NCBI GenBank assembly: GCA_025201805.1
Contig: MU619383.1
Coordinates: forward strand, 3,968 to 67,967
Origin: Parasitella parasitica NRRL 2501
Lineage: Eukaryota; Fungi; Mucoromycota
Reading direction: 5' to 3'
Length of the DNA: 64,000 bases
The notes below the pieces were generated by a model. It was not told the origin of the DNA, did no database searches, and saw only the letters and a program-made list of their open reading frames with translations. How positions within the stretch are numbered: position 1 is the stretch's first letter; each line of letters opens with the position of its first letter. Below are positions 1 to 11,664 of the stretch, piece by piece. A program made the translations under genes and the position numbers.

Positions 1-214
1 GGTCATCACAATATGCAATGTTTTGGGCTAAGCATGCAGAAAGAAGCCAACGGAAAAACACAGCTACAAGAGATCATCTCAAAATTTGAAAGCAAACATG
101 TACAAACAAAATATATACTTTATTCAAGTATATTGCTACTGGCGCTAGCATTATTACCACCAGCGTCCTCTTCAACATTTTGAACAACATTTTGGTTTTA
201 GAAATAAGTGATTT

Positions 215-995
215 NNNNNNNNNNNNNNNNNNNNNNNNNNNNNNNNNNNNNNNNNNNNNNNNNNNNNNNNNNNNNNNNNNNNNNNNNNNNNNNNNNNNNN
301 NNNNNNNNNNNNNNNNNNNNNNNNNNNNNNNNNNNNNNNNNNNNNNNNNNNNNNNNNNNNNNNNNNNNNNNNNNNNNNNNNNNNNNNNNNNNNNNNNNNN
401 NNNNNNNNNNNNNNNNNNNNNNNNNNNNNNNNNNNNNNNNNNNNNNNNNNNNNNNNNNNNNNNNNNNNNNNNNNNNNNNNNNNNNNNNNNNNNNNNNNNN
501 NNNNNNNNNNNNNNNNNNNNNNNNNNNNNNNNNNNNNNNNNNNNNNNNNNNNNNNNNNNNNNNNNNNNNNNNNNNNNNNNNNNNNNNNNNNNNNNNNNNN
601 NNNNNNNNNNNNNNNNNNNNNNNNNNNNNNNNNNNNNNNNNNNNNNNNNNNNNNNNNNNNNNNNNNNNNNNNNNNNNNNNNNNNNNNNNNNNNNNNNNNN
701 NNNNNNNNNNNNNNNNNNNNNNNNNNNNNNNNNNNNNNNNNNNNNNNNNNNNNNNNNNNNNNNNNNNNNNNNNNNNNNNNNNNNNNNNNNNNNNNNNNNN
801 NNNNNNNNNNNNNNNNNNNNNNNNNNNNNNNNNNNNNNNNNNNNNNNNNNNNNNNNNNNNNNNNNNNNNNNNNNNNNNNNNNNNNNNNNNNNNNNNNNNN
901 NNNNNNNNNNNNNNNNNNNNNNNNNNNNNNNNNNNNNNNNNNNNNNNNNNNNNNNNNNNNNNNNNNNNNNNNNNNNNNNNNNNNNNNNNNNNNNN
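215..995. other. Assembly gap (N run)
   Basis: Run of N. ORFs spanning it are artefacts. Confidence 0.99.
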
Positions 996-1220
996 GTCCT
1001 GGAAATGCTGTGATTTAATAAGGTTTGACACTTCTTGTCAAACATCAGATGTTATGTGGATAAACATTGATTGGGATATATGTTAGTATAAATAGAGATC
1101 ATATCTTGTGTCAATAAAAGTCTTCAGTTTTGTATCTGGTTTTATTCAGAAAGTCTTTATTACTTTATACAAATCTTATTTACATAACATTACGCTGCGC
1201 CCTTTGACACTGGCACAACA
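996..1220 (+). mobile_element. 3' part of an LTR, truncated by the gap
   Basis: TATAAATA, AATAAA and the GTTTTGTATCTGGT motif. Ends TGGCACAACA, as does the LTR at 28185-28650. Confidence 0.7.
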
Positions 1221-1457
1221 AATACCTCAACAAATATTTGGTAGCAAATGTTACTACCAGCACAAAAAAAACCGAAATGTCTCAGAAATAGTATTATGTC
1301 ATTAAAAATGAGCTATCTCAACTTTTTATTTATAAACGCACATTCTGTGGCAAAATTATTTAAGTTCTCACAAGCACATAAATACTCCCATGACCCTAAT
1401 AATGTTCCCATTTGAGCACATTTATGTTTACCGAGAACATCCAGGAGGCCATAGTGC

Positions 1458-1707
1458 GAAATCAAACCACAAATCACATTTGGAACGTATAGAGCAATGT
1501 AAGGACTGGTACATGCATGTCATCATTTACAAATGTGTCAGAAACAGAGAAACTTGGCTGACAGTTACGGCGTATGTAACTGACAGACAGACCGTTTACA
1601 ACAACGAATATACAGTAAATAGAGTAGAAATGTCTAACCTTTGCACGTTATCCTATTTCAAAATAAAGAAGGAATGAAATTGTATCTATTGCTGTTTTTA
1701 CTTTTTT
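1458..1707 (-). repeat. ~250-290 bp dispersed repeat, copy 1
   Basis: Reverse complement matches 23856-24149 and 63477-63742. Confidence 0.8.
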
Positions 1708-1714
1708 ACTACAG

Positions 1715-3460
1715 TGGAGTTCAAGAGAGTAGTGCGTATGAGAGTCGTCCAGAGCGCCGCGGTCAGCACGGGTCGTTCAGAGGGGTATTTTCAAGCGGCA
1801 GACGCAACCAAGGTGCTATCAAGCGTGCGGATAGCGGTGGCGTTGGCAAACGCTACCATTGCGACCAGCATGGAGCTAATGATTCTCATAACTCGAAAGA
1901 CTGTTAGTTCCTGAAGTTCAAGCGGGCACGAGCAGAAGGCAAGTGTGTCAAGTGTGGAAAGCCTTACGAAAGAGGACATGCTGAGATTTGTGGGCAACGC
2001 CGTCCTCCGGGTGTAGGTCTCTCGCCGACGGTATTGAACCAAGAGGTGTTTTCCACAAGTGTAGCACCGGCGGCAGCAAAGGAGTCGTCCGAGTCCAGCA
2101 AACTGGAAGATGCTGAGAGCATGGCGGTCGATCAAGACCATTTGCTTAGTGAGTTGGCATTTCAATGTAAGTTGCCTAATGTGAAAGCGGTAAAGACTGA
2201 AACTAATTTCTTTGCGTTGTTGACCCCGTTGTTGATTTGTGTAGAATCCACCAAGTGTATCAAAGTCATTTGCAAAGTGGATACCGGGTTGCAGATTAGT
2301 TGTATCAGTTTGAGTTTTTTAATAGATGTGCTTAAAATTAAAAAAGTGAAGAAAGTGGAATGTTACCTAAAGTTTTTATCTAAGTCTATGAAGCGAGTGG
2401 CAATGACATTTCTGTTGAAATTCAAATATGCGAATGGAATTGTATTTGAGCATGCGTTAGAAGTTGTACAGTTTGAACAAGGTCTAGACTTTGAAGTTTT
2501 GTTGGGAGTAGATGTGTTGCCCAAAATGAATATCGTCGGTTTGACGGGTGTGGCGTTTCGCATTGACAGTGAGCATCAGCACTCGGATGCCACGGAGCAT
2601 GATGAGAGAAGAATGTTTGAGAATATCAATTTTGATTTTGAAGGCAAACATCTAGAAGCTGATAACTCACCTGCCGGAACTTTGGCAGAGCGTAAAGAGT
2701 TTGAGGAGTATATTTGAGAGTCTTTGAAGCGCAATAAGGCCATTCATATTGAGTCGTGTTGTCCATTGCCAGAAGCGGTTGTGAGATTACCTACCAATGA
2801 AGGAGCGACTGCGCATCGTCATCCTTATCCTATAGCAGAAGCATTGAAGCCTGTGGTGGCAAAGTAAATTCAAAAGTGGTTGGTGTTTTAATATACGAAA
2901 TATAGATATACAATTAAAACTGGATATATTTATTTATATATAAAAAATAAGATGATTCTTCTCTACACAACATTTGCCTAGACTATTTATACTTTTCGAG
3001 TGCTGACATCGGTTGCATGCTTGTGGAATCGAGGCCTAATAAACTTGCACCAGATAGAACCAATTACTAGCCATGTGCTGCTAGTACAAGTAATCGTAAA
3101 CCAGTTATTACCAGAAGGAGACAGGAAGGATAGTGGTCTTGAGAAAGAGTATAATCGCCTTGTGGTATAAAGGATTTCTAATGAGTGTAACCATGGTATA
3201 ATACTTTTGCATAATTGTGAGAATACCCAAGTTGGATCTCAGGCACAACATCAACTCAACAACCCACCTCGCTTAGCCTTTACATCCTAAACAGTTGGAT
3301 ACCAAGACTATTGGGAGATCGAGAATCAACTCGTCCTTTAATAGTCCATTGTTGGTAGTACCAAAGCGTGACAAACTGGGTAACGTGGTCGATCATTGCG
3401 TGTGTTTGGATGTGCGTTTGCTGAACAGTATCTTGCCACCCCCTTATAACTTTCCTACCT
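1715..3460 (+). mobile_element. Degenerate Ty3/Gypsy retrotransposon internal region (gag Zn-knuckle, aspartic protease, start of RT)
   Basis: CVKCGKPYERGHAEIC knuckle at ~1944-1990. Protease KVDTG...LLGVD in 2034-2717. RT start HPYPIAEALK...KWL|DTKTI...FNSPLLVVPK...VCLDVRLLN. Contains in-frame stops and an inserted LTR. Confidence 0.85.
2884..3293 (-). mobile_element. Solo LTR (410 bp) nested in the Gypsy pol gene
   Basis: TGTTT...AAACA termini with perfect TSD GTTGG (2879-2883 and 3294-3298). Removing it restores KWLDTKT. TATA box and AATAAA on the minus strand. Confidence 0.88.
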
Positions 3461-3630
3461 ACAGTACATGGTCCGATACAGAATTCCGAGGCTGCTTGAC
3501 AAAGACACTTAGCAAACATATCCTCCATACCTATTATAATGTTTCGGGATATTAATCCATAAAAATTTGGGATGTATGCAAAATTTGCAATGGTAACATA
3601 TTTCTGAGCTTGAATTTACCACTGCGAATA

Positions 3631-5115
3631 TAGGTCTTAATAAGCAGTGAGGCAGTTATTTTAATTGACGAGCGAAGCATCAACTCCATAAACAATCTGG
3701 TTATGTCTTGATATGAATTAATAGCCAAGACACTGTAAAATATGACTTCAAAAGCTATTATTTTTATATAGCTTTATTTTTTGGTTAAAATAAATGCCAT
3801 TTAATCATAAATATCATCTTTCCCCCGCTTAAAGATCTATAATGCAATCTCTGATATCTTTACGAACTATTAAGTGATAGAGACACAAACTTCAGCCAGA
3901 ATCTTTTTTTTTGCACCATTCTACAACGTACCCAAGTTTCATACAGCTCCAACCGTTTTTCGGATTTTGCTATGTCTGGACCCAAAACCTCGTATTTGAT
4001 TTTCAGTTTTCAACTTTGGATCAACCTTCAGGGTCATTTTTTGGTAGAAATTTGCGGTCTAAACTAAGAATACAGGCTAGTACTAGTATAATAACTGTAC
4101 ATCACTACGTCTCCCGATTCTCGATATCTATCTTTGCTGTCGAGATATTTCCAAAACCAGATTGTGCAAATTTTCAAGATTTTACAGCGTATGCTCCTAT
4201 AACAAGTACAAAATCTTGCAATTAAGTCATGTCCAAGTTTTTAAGTAAAGTAATAAAGCATGTTTTGGTACACCTACTGGTAATAAACATGCTGCATTTA
4301 AGCTCGAATTCGACAAGCTTAGGCAAATTTTGTCTTTTTACATTAAACTTTGTTCCCCTTTTTCTCAAAATACTACTATAACACTTTGGATTGAGTGATT
4401 ATTAAAATCTTTTTGAAACTTGATTCTCTACTAGATGTATTAGTTTTTAGATAGATATGTTGAAAAAAATATTTTTTGATAAGTTTTTAGCAGAGGCTTA
4501 ATTTATTTTCGTAACTTTCAGAGTAATGTATGGAAAATAACAATACATTATATAGCAATACAAAAATAGTGCTACAACATAGCTACCTAATGGTTTTTGT
4601 TTGTTCAAAAAATACCAATTTTTGAGTGAGAAAATCTCGAAAAACGGAATTGATTTTTAACCTTTTGAATGGCTTCATTTTGGCCCTCTAAGGATAGGGC
4701 TGGAAAATTGTAGATTCATTTTGGTCGAGACAAGATTTTGATTTTTGGCAGAAAAAATAATGCCACAGTTGTAAACAAAATATTGATGTGTAGGTATTGA
4801 CATGGTGGTTTGTTTGGTCAACTTTATAGAGCTGAATAAGCTCAAAATACTCTTGATTTTACTCAAAAACCATCAAAAAGGGCGTTTTTTGAATATTTGA
4901 AAATTGGTAGTAAGGAAAAGTGTTTCTATAGCCTTGTAATCTATATGGTTGGATGCAGATTTTATTTTTTGTCTTAAAACACTTAGTACGCATATCCGAT
5001 ATACTTATTTCATTTATGAGATATCTAGCAATGAACCATGCAAAAAAAAGCTCGAAACTGGTTTAGGTCAAATGGTAACGCAGTGCTGAGTTTCAATCTA
5101 CAGCCGTTTTTTTTT
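3631..5115. repeat. ~1.5-kb non-coding dispersed repeat, copy 1 (probable non-autonomous TE)
   Basis: High identity to 25131-26615; the duplicated spurious ORFs 3911/25408 and 4675/26153 reflect this. Confidence 0.85.
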
Positions 5116-5130
5116 TCGCTATATCTATTT

Positions 5131-5547
5131 TGTTGGATCAAAAATTTAATAAAAAAACCAAAAGTTAACGAGATACGAAGACTAAAGATACTTTATTTAA
5201 GATCGAAATTGCATCTGCTATTTATACTTTTTACAACTACATAAATTTATGGTGACATATTTAGATTACTAATTGACAAGACTAATTCACAGTGACAATC
5301 TACTTGACAGGGTACGATATGAGGTTATACAGCAAGGGCTACACGTCTTTGATCTGACAGAGCCTTAACCTTTATCCTGGTGCTCAGATCTGTGTTACTT
5401 ACAGGAATAACCTTCTTGATTTGAAACAGTGACTTTATTCTCCAATTTACATAAGCGTACCACATTACATCATTGGACAATCTTCAATCTTCAATTGAAG
5501 TATATTGCCATGATCTCCTGCCTATAATTATGGCAAATCAATTAGCA
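5131..5547 (-). mobile_element. LTR-like repeat, copy 1
   Basis: Colinear and highly similar to 62425-62850. Starts TGTTGG, TATA-like element on the minus strand, no clear TSD. Confidence 0.6.
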
Positions 5548-5974
5548 TTTGCCAGAGTTGTAGGAGATTGTAGTTTGATCAGGAGTGCAAGCTTCTACAA
5601 ACACTTGTTATTGTTTACTTGTGCTTTTCATGTATTTGGCTCCTGGATGGATCAGCCATGATCCATCTGGATTTTATTTCAATGTAATTTTGGTGCCTTA
5701 TAATAGGTGCCATTTCATTACAGTATTCATCTTAACATATATCGGTATATGTAGCATGTCTATAGCGTCATGAGCCTGTCTAAAGCATTGCACATATTGT
5801 ACAAATCTGTAGTACATAATGTATCTGTAGCTAGTATCATGGATACAAGTATATGTCTTGTAGTGGGTATCTAGAAACTGGGAATACGCATCTGAAGCAT
5901 AGATCTTATATAGCATAAGCTCGTAACATATACTAAATCTAGTAAATGTCTAAGGCTCGTGTCGAGATATAAGT

Positions 5975-6155
5975 ATCAGTCTATAGCGTCATCCATCCTA
6001 ATGGTGCCATCTCTAAACTATGTCTTATATAGTAGTATAAATCTGTATTGTACATCTTATTATCATCTGTGGGCATATGTAGTCTATGTCAATTTAAGGT
6101 AGCTGGATGAATCTAGAAGTAAAATGCAGATCATCGTAGTCAATGTATTTCACAA
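5975..6155. repeat. Short dispersed repeat (inverted copy at 24580-24750)
   Basis: cagtctatagcgtcatc...gtagtcaatgtattt is the reverse complement of 24580-24750. Confidence 0.7.
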
Positions 6156-8076
6156 ATACTACCGCCATTATTTAGTGCATGATATATTTGTTTTATTATT
6201 GAGGTTGGTCCAGGAATATAGAGTGATAGACATTAATTTGTGAGGTTATTTAAATGTAGCATTTGTTTCTAACTATTCCATAAAAGGAGCCAGCTGTCTA
6301 TTTAAATGTTAGTTCTAAGATCAAATTGATATTAAGTAACGTTTTTAGTTTCTTAATTGTGTGAAGGGAGAAATTGTAGTAATGAAGTTCCTATGAGTGA
6401 TAGGAACTGTCAAGGTGAAACCAATTATCCTCAACTTGGAGCAACTTTAAACAAACATTTCGAATAGTTGGTCCGTGTGTTTGACTGTTGATTAAGCTCG
6501 CCTTATCTTGGTGTTGTCCGTGGGAGTGGCAGCCAAGATTGTATTACGCTATTCTGCGACAGTTGATATATTATAATGGTTTATATTTGATACAATCATA
6601 TAATGTATTCGCAGTAAACCAGAACACATATTAACTTGTGGACATTAATAATGCAGATGCGACAGCTTGTATAAATCAGAGAATAATATCAAAAAACTTC
6701 TTCAGATGGTTTAATCTCGCAACAGTGGGTCACCTAATATCAAGTGCGAATACTTAACTACAGTTTTTATATGAGACTTTAAAACACAAGACAATGTGCT
6801 TGTGAAAAATATGATTCTCTATTTTTAATGTGCAAAAATCAGATCTAAAGGAAATCCCGTTTTTTGAAACAATACATGAAACATACTATTTATGCATCTA
6901 GATCATACCAACTGCTTATAGCTTTACGCCTTGCCCTCACATTGATACATAATTGAACGTCAATTTATATGGATCTAATTATATAGAAAAAAATATCGAA
7001 TAACTTAACTCTAATAAATAAATATGCGAGAGCCATAAAGCTGCAAATTTTGAAAAACTCGTAGGGTTCCAAAACCACAAGCGTAAAAAAATGTAACATT
7101 ACATCCATTCATTTAATAACTACCGTGTCGGCGCATATGTAGTGTTTTATATTATATTGTTGTGAGGGCTCGGTTGTGGGATGTGATTTACCTGCACTTT
7201 CCAATACAATACGCCTATTCAACTATCCAATTACTCCGATACGCAAGCACCTATTACTAAAACACTACTTCTAGATGTATGGAAAAAAATGTAATAGAAA
7301 AAATTAACTTCAAGGGGATAAAGAACTGATAATGAATAATTGGAATATTTATACGTAATAACTGTTTGTTTGTTGGCGCTATACGCCTTACTCGCATGAC
7401 CCTTTTGTGGACATGCCCACTCACAACAATATATAATATTGCTAGAGATTAGGGGTTTAGGTATTTTTTCGATATATGGCACATCGAGTCATTTTATAAC
7501 TCCACAATACATACCAAAAATCCCAATATGTTTATGTTGAATTACATGATATCTATACGACTTAAATGCTTCATTATAACATGCCATTCTGAAATAAAAA
7601 CTCGATAAATTGTAAGTATACGAATAACAAGATAACATCCAATTGAATAGATTATTGACAGCTGAGACTTGACTGTCATTGGACACATGTGATTTTTATC
7701 AGCGCATTTCTCAAAGATTGCGCCCAAACTTGAGGGCGGTAGAACTAGCATGTTTATTGATAAATCGTCATTAACTTATCATGTCGAATTCACGTAGAAC
7801 AAAATTAATACCAGAGCTCATGTTATGTGAACCAATTGATGTTGTACGAGTAACGCTTTACTCTATTTTCTTTTTGGTTACATTTGAAAAGAATGAAATC
7901 ATTTTTCGTACAACCCAACACAGAGAAATAGGCCTTGGGTGGTCAGCTCGTTTATGATGGCATTTGAGCATTATTCATTCATTTGAAAAGAGGTTCAGAA
8001 GAGTTTTTATTATTAAAATATTACAAAATTATATGTAAATAGAAAATACATAATATATACAATTGAAAAAAGAGTT

Positions 8077-8544
8077 CTATAGTAGCGTTAATTTGACAGA
8101 GCCTTTGATTTTTGCTTTCAGTTTGATATCAGCGTCTAAATTCAAATCAAGTCTCAGCCGCAAAGCAGAATTGCCACCAGCATTAGGGTTTGAAGCAAGC
8201 TCTGGCTTTTTCATAGATGCTGCTGCTTTTTTTAATGTTTCTGCCTGTTGTTTTGCTAAATCCTGTTGCGCACTTGATGCTATGGCAGCTTTCTTCTTTT
8301 TTATCGTTTTTGTTTTATCTTTGTCATCAACTGTATCCAACTTTTTACTCTTTTTCTTGCTTTTTTTTACTGAAGAATCAGAGTTGTTGCTTTCAGCGAT
8401 TACTTTTTTCTTCTTCTTTTTCTGCTTTTCTTCTTTGCCTGCTGTTTCGGTTGTCTCTGTTTTATTTACAGCTGAGCTCTTCTTTTTTGGTAATAGTGTG
8501 GATTTTGATAAGGGAAGCGTGCCTTTATTTTTTAATGTCTCCAT
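8077..8544 (-). CDS. Cluster gene A: Lys-rich small protein (155 aa) with C-terminal RLDLNL motif
   Basis: ATG at 8544 (METLKNKG), intronless. Ends ALRLRLDLNLDADIKLKAKIKGSVKLTLL*. Confidence 0.85.
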   Translation of the reverse strand: METLKNKGTLPLSKSTLLPKKKSSAVNKTETTETAGKEEKQKKKKKKVIAESNNSDSSVKKSKKKSKKLDTVDDKDKTKTIKKKKAAIASSAQQDLAKQQAETLKKAAASMKKPELASNPNAGGNSALRLRLDLNLDADIKLKAKIKGSVKLTLL

Positions 8545-8942
8545 GATCAACAATGTAAAGAACAAAGAAAAGACTTAATCGTTTGTATTGTTCAGTCAGA
8601 AGCTAAGCAGAAATAAAGAAAAGTGATGACATTTTTGTCGTCATGTCAACCTGAAACCAGGCACCTGCATTCATGCGGCGATCATCAGCCTCGCACGATT
8701 GGTCCAATTAAACTTACGAGATAATCCAAGAAGAAGCAATGATGGCATCGTTCCCAACTTGGTGCTCTGAAATTAGTATAGTAACTCATTTTTCCATGAT
8801 CCTATATCATCATTACGTCTGTTTACTCTCAGTCTTTTCTTTTTTTCAATTCAAGTGATATAATTTTAAAGCGATTACACGAAAGAAAACTGGCCCTTCT
8901 TCTTTCTCTTGGAAACATTAATTATCGAAATAATAAATCAAC

Positions 8943-9497
8943 ATGTCACCTACAACTACTCCCACAAAGCCTAAAACAGAAAACAAAACAAAGACAGATG
9001 CTGCCAAGAATAAGACTCCTGAAGAAACGAAGACACAAAATGATAAAAAAGACACTAAAACTTCACAAAACCAGGCTCCTTCTAAAGCTGTAGAATCCAG
9101 TGATGAAGATGATTCTGATGAAGACAATGACTCTGCTGATGATGCCTCTAGTGATGAAGAGACTGATTCTGACGAAGAGACTGATTCTGACGAAGAGACT
9201 GATTCTGATGAAGAGTCCGATTCTGAGGAAGATACTGCTTCTGAGGAGGAGGAATCCTCTGATGAAGAGGAATTGACACCAAAGCAACTGGCCAGACTCA
9301 AAAAGAAAAATGGTTTGGTGAAAGGTGTTACTGATACTGCTGGTCAAGTAGGCGGGGCAGTTGGTGGAGCAGTGAACAACGGCCGAAACAGTGGTAGTGA
9401 TCATCCTCTTAGTCTTCGTCTTGATCTCAATTTAGATGTTGAAATCGAACTCAAAGCTCGGGTTCACGGTGATGTTACTTTGGCCCTGCTACGTTAA
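8943..9497 (+). CDS. Cluster gene B: small protein with acidic tract (184 aa) and C-terminal RLDLNL motif
   Basis: Intronless ORF with DSDEET repeats. Ends PLSLRLDLNLDVEIELKARVHGDVTLALLR*. Confidence 0.9.
   Translation: MSPTTTPTKPKTENKTKTDAAKNKTPEETKTQNDKKDTKTSQNQAPSKAVESSDEDDSDEDNDSADDASSDEETDSDEETDSDEETDSDEESDSEEDTASEEEESSDEEELTPKQLARLKKKNGLVKGVTDTAGQVGGAVGGAVNNGRNSGSDHPLSLRLDLNLDVEIELKARVHGDVTLALLR
9153..9260 (+). repeat. 18-bp coding minisatellite (DEETDS)n in gene B
   Basis: GAYGAAGAGACTGATTCT three times, followed by three degenerate units. Confidence 0.85.
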
Positions 9498-9734
9498 TCT
9501 GTTACTTGTTTGTCAATCTCTATATATTTATAAAACATCTACATTTTATTATTATTTACTATTTTTTCCTTAAATAAATTGAATTTTATAACTCTACACA
9601 TCAGATTCTTTTTAGAAATTAGGGGTAAATTTTTTAGATCTAAGATAATTCATAAAAATGAAACAGGACAAATCATTCAGATTATTACAATTCAAAGATA
9701 TTTATTATATAATATTAAAGATAACTGACGGCAT

Positions 9735-10143
9735 TTATGCCAAAAGGGCAAGAGTAACATCACCTACACAAAAAGAGTTTTAGAAAATAACTAACAATAC
9801 GCATAAAATATTTCTTACCATGGACTCTTGCCTTGAGAGTAATTTCAACTTCCAAGTTGAGATCAAGACGCAGACTCAGGGGCTGTTGTCCACCACCACT
9901 ACCTTGTTGGCCTTGTTGCCCACCGCCACCAATAGCGCCTTCGCCCAGGCCTGATAATGTATCTAACGGATCATTCTTGATTAAACCAAGACCTTTGGAT
10001 TTGGATGATTTTTTCTTCTTGGGCTTCCTTGTCTTTTCCTTCTTTTGCGATGATTTTTTTGATTTCACAGGAGCCTCATCCTCAGACCCGTTAGTTTCTT
10101 TGATCTTTCCCTCTTGCTTGTCCACTTCTTTAACTGAGGCCAT
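9735..10143 (-). CDS. Cluster gene C: Lys/Gly-Gln-rich small protein with C-terminal RLDLNL motif (intron 9764-9818)
   Basis: A 55-nt GTAAG...TAG intron splits the Gly codon. The spliced end PLSLRLDLNLEVEITLKARVHGDVTLALLA* matches gene B. Confidence 0.9.
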
Positions 10144-10444
10144 TTTATTTTTTGATATATCGTTTTATTGGTAAAAAGAAGAAAAGAATACATATTAATT
10201 TTTATTTAGTGGGTTTATAAGATTCTTTATGATTGACATGACAACAGAATGACCAAATTAAATGACTCCATTCGATATTTTTACCCGTGAATTAAGGTCA
10301 ATTTGGACACTAACTCTTTTTATAAAAAGTTTCCATATTACATCACCAAGTGATATGTAACTGTAACCTTTGTATTTATTACGAATTTTCTTTTCGTTTT
10401 TTCTATTTTCTTTTTTCTTTATATTAATTGCCTACATTTATAAC

Positions 10445-10714
10445 ATGTCTGAACAAGAGCAACAGCAGCAAAACCAAGTAGCCATCAAAGATAAAAAACG
10501 TAAGAAATCTTTACCGAAAAACAAGACCCGTCAAGAATCCATGCTGCAGCAAAGAAAAGCATTGGCAGCACAGCAACAGCAGCAACAGCAAGCAGCACAA
10601 AGCAGCGGTAGAAATAGCAGCATGCCCAAGGTGCGTCTTGATCTCAACCTGGAGGCAGAGCTCTATTTGAAAGCAAAAGCCAAAGGCGATGTCACCTTGA
10701 CATTGCTCTCCTAA
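10445..10714 (+). CDS. Cluster gene D: Gln/Lys-rich small protein (89 aa) with C-terminal RLDLNL motif
   Basis: ATG at 10445 (MSEQEQQQ). Ends KVRLDLNLEAELYLKAKAKGDVTLTLLS*. Confidence 0.85.
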   Translation: MSEQEQQQQNQVAIKDKKRKKSLPKNKTRQESMLQQRKALAAQQQQQQQAAQSSGRNSSMPKVRLDLNLEAELYLKAKAKGDVTLTLLS

Positions 10715-10950
10715 GCCATTGCCTCTCAAACGTACATCCTCTTTGAACTAATCAATATGTTGTATACACATGTACATAAATAAATAATTATCCAAATCTA
10801 TCCTTACCCAAACAAAAATCCTCTGTTCCTTTCTTAGCCATTTCAGGCGATAAATGATGCAGGATTATCTCTTTTTTTTTACACAGCTTTTTAAGTTATT
10901 ACGGTTTATTATTCATTTAAAAAAGTTTCATGCACATAAAAATACATATT

Positions 10951-11664
10951 TTAGTTTCGAGGAATATGGATACTGAAGGTGATTCCGGTCTTCGTTGCTT
11001 CAACTTTGACGACTATATCATCCTTGTCTCCGCTTCCAATACTGATTTTTCCCGCATCATCGCCATTATGAGCAGTAGAATCTTCATTTTTACAACCAGT
11101 GGAGGGCTTCTCTTCTTGGCCTTGCTCGTCATCTTCTAATGGAGTAGAGTCAAAGTTACCGTAACTATGCAGCATGTCACCAAGAGGAAGCTCGAAAGAA
11201 TGGTGGGTTCCCTTATCATCATCCTTCCTGTCATATTTAGTCTTGACATCATTGTACGTATCTTGGACAGTGTCTCGGATAGTTTGTTTACTGACTTGCT
11301 CTCCTTGCTCCTTGGCCTCATCTTCTAACATAGACAATCTTTTCATCAGCATGCGATTATATTCTGAAATAGCATTCATCAAAGTCATAGCATCTGTATT
11401 GCCTGCAAATAGGCCCGTATCATCATCGCTGTCATCATCCAATTCAGTTTGAGCTTCTTGCGCAATGTCTTTTACAGAGTTGGAAACGTCTGGCTGGACG
11501 GCGTCATTGTTTTTTTCCTCAGCAGCATCATCCTTAGAGATCTTGGTCTTCTTTGATTTTGCGGCAGGTATAACAGACTCTCCTAAACCTCGAGGGTGTG
11601 CCTTTTTCGATTTTTTGTTGGCAGATGAGGATTTTTTATTCTTTTTTTCAACGGTGGAAGGCAT
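10951..11664 (-). CDS. Cluster gene E: hydrophilic protein (237 aa) with central amphipathic helix and C-terminal alternating beta motif
   Basis: Intronless ORF. Helix-like LMNAISEYNRMLMKRL; ends IVVKVEATKTGITFSIHIPRN*. Confidence 0.8.
   Translation of the reverse strand: MPSTVEKKNKKSSSANKKSKKAHPRGLGESVIPAAKSKKTKISKDDAAEEKNNDAVQPDVSNSVKDIAQEAQTELDDDSDDDTGLFAGNTDAMTLMNAISEYNRMLMKRLSMLEDEAKEQGEQVSKQTIRDTVQDTYNDVKTKYDRKDDDKGTHHSFELPLGDMLHSYGNFDSTPLEDDEQGQEEKPSTGCKNEDSTAHNGDDAGKISIGSGDKDDIVVKVEATKTGITFSIHIPRN

Noticed and set aside
74-1086. Long ORFs of 277-323 aa
   Set aside because: They consist almost entirely of N-gap codons.
1221-1250. TGGTAGC as a primer-binding site after the LTR
   Set aside because: It lies about 19 bp from the LTR end and is not followed by a contiguous internal region.
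3911-4225. Duplicated 104-aa ORF (also at 25408) as a gene family
   Set aside because: Non-ATG start, no protein-like features, and it lies inside a non-coding repeat.
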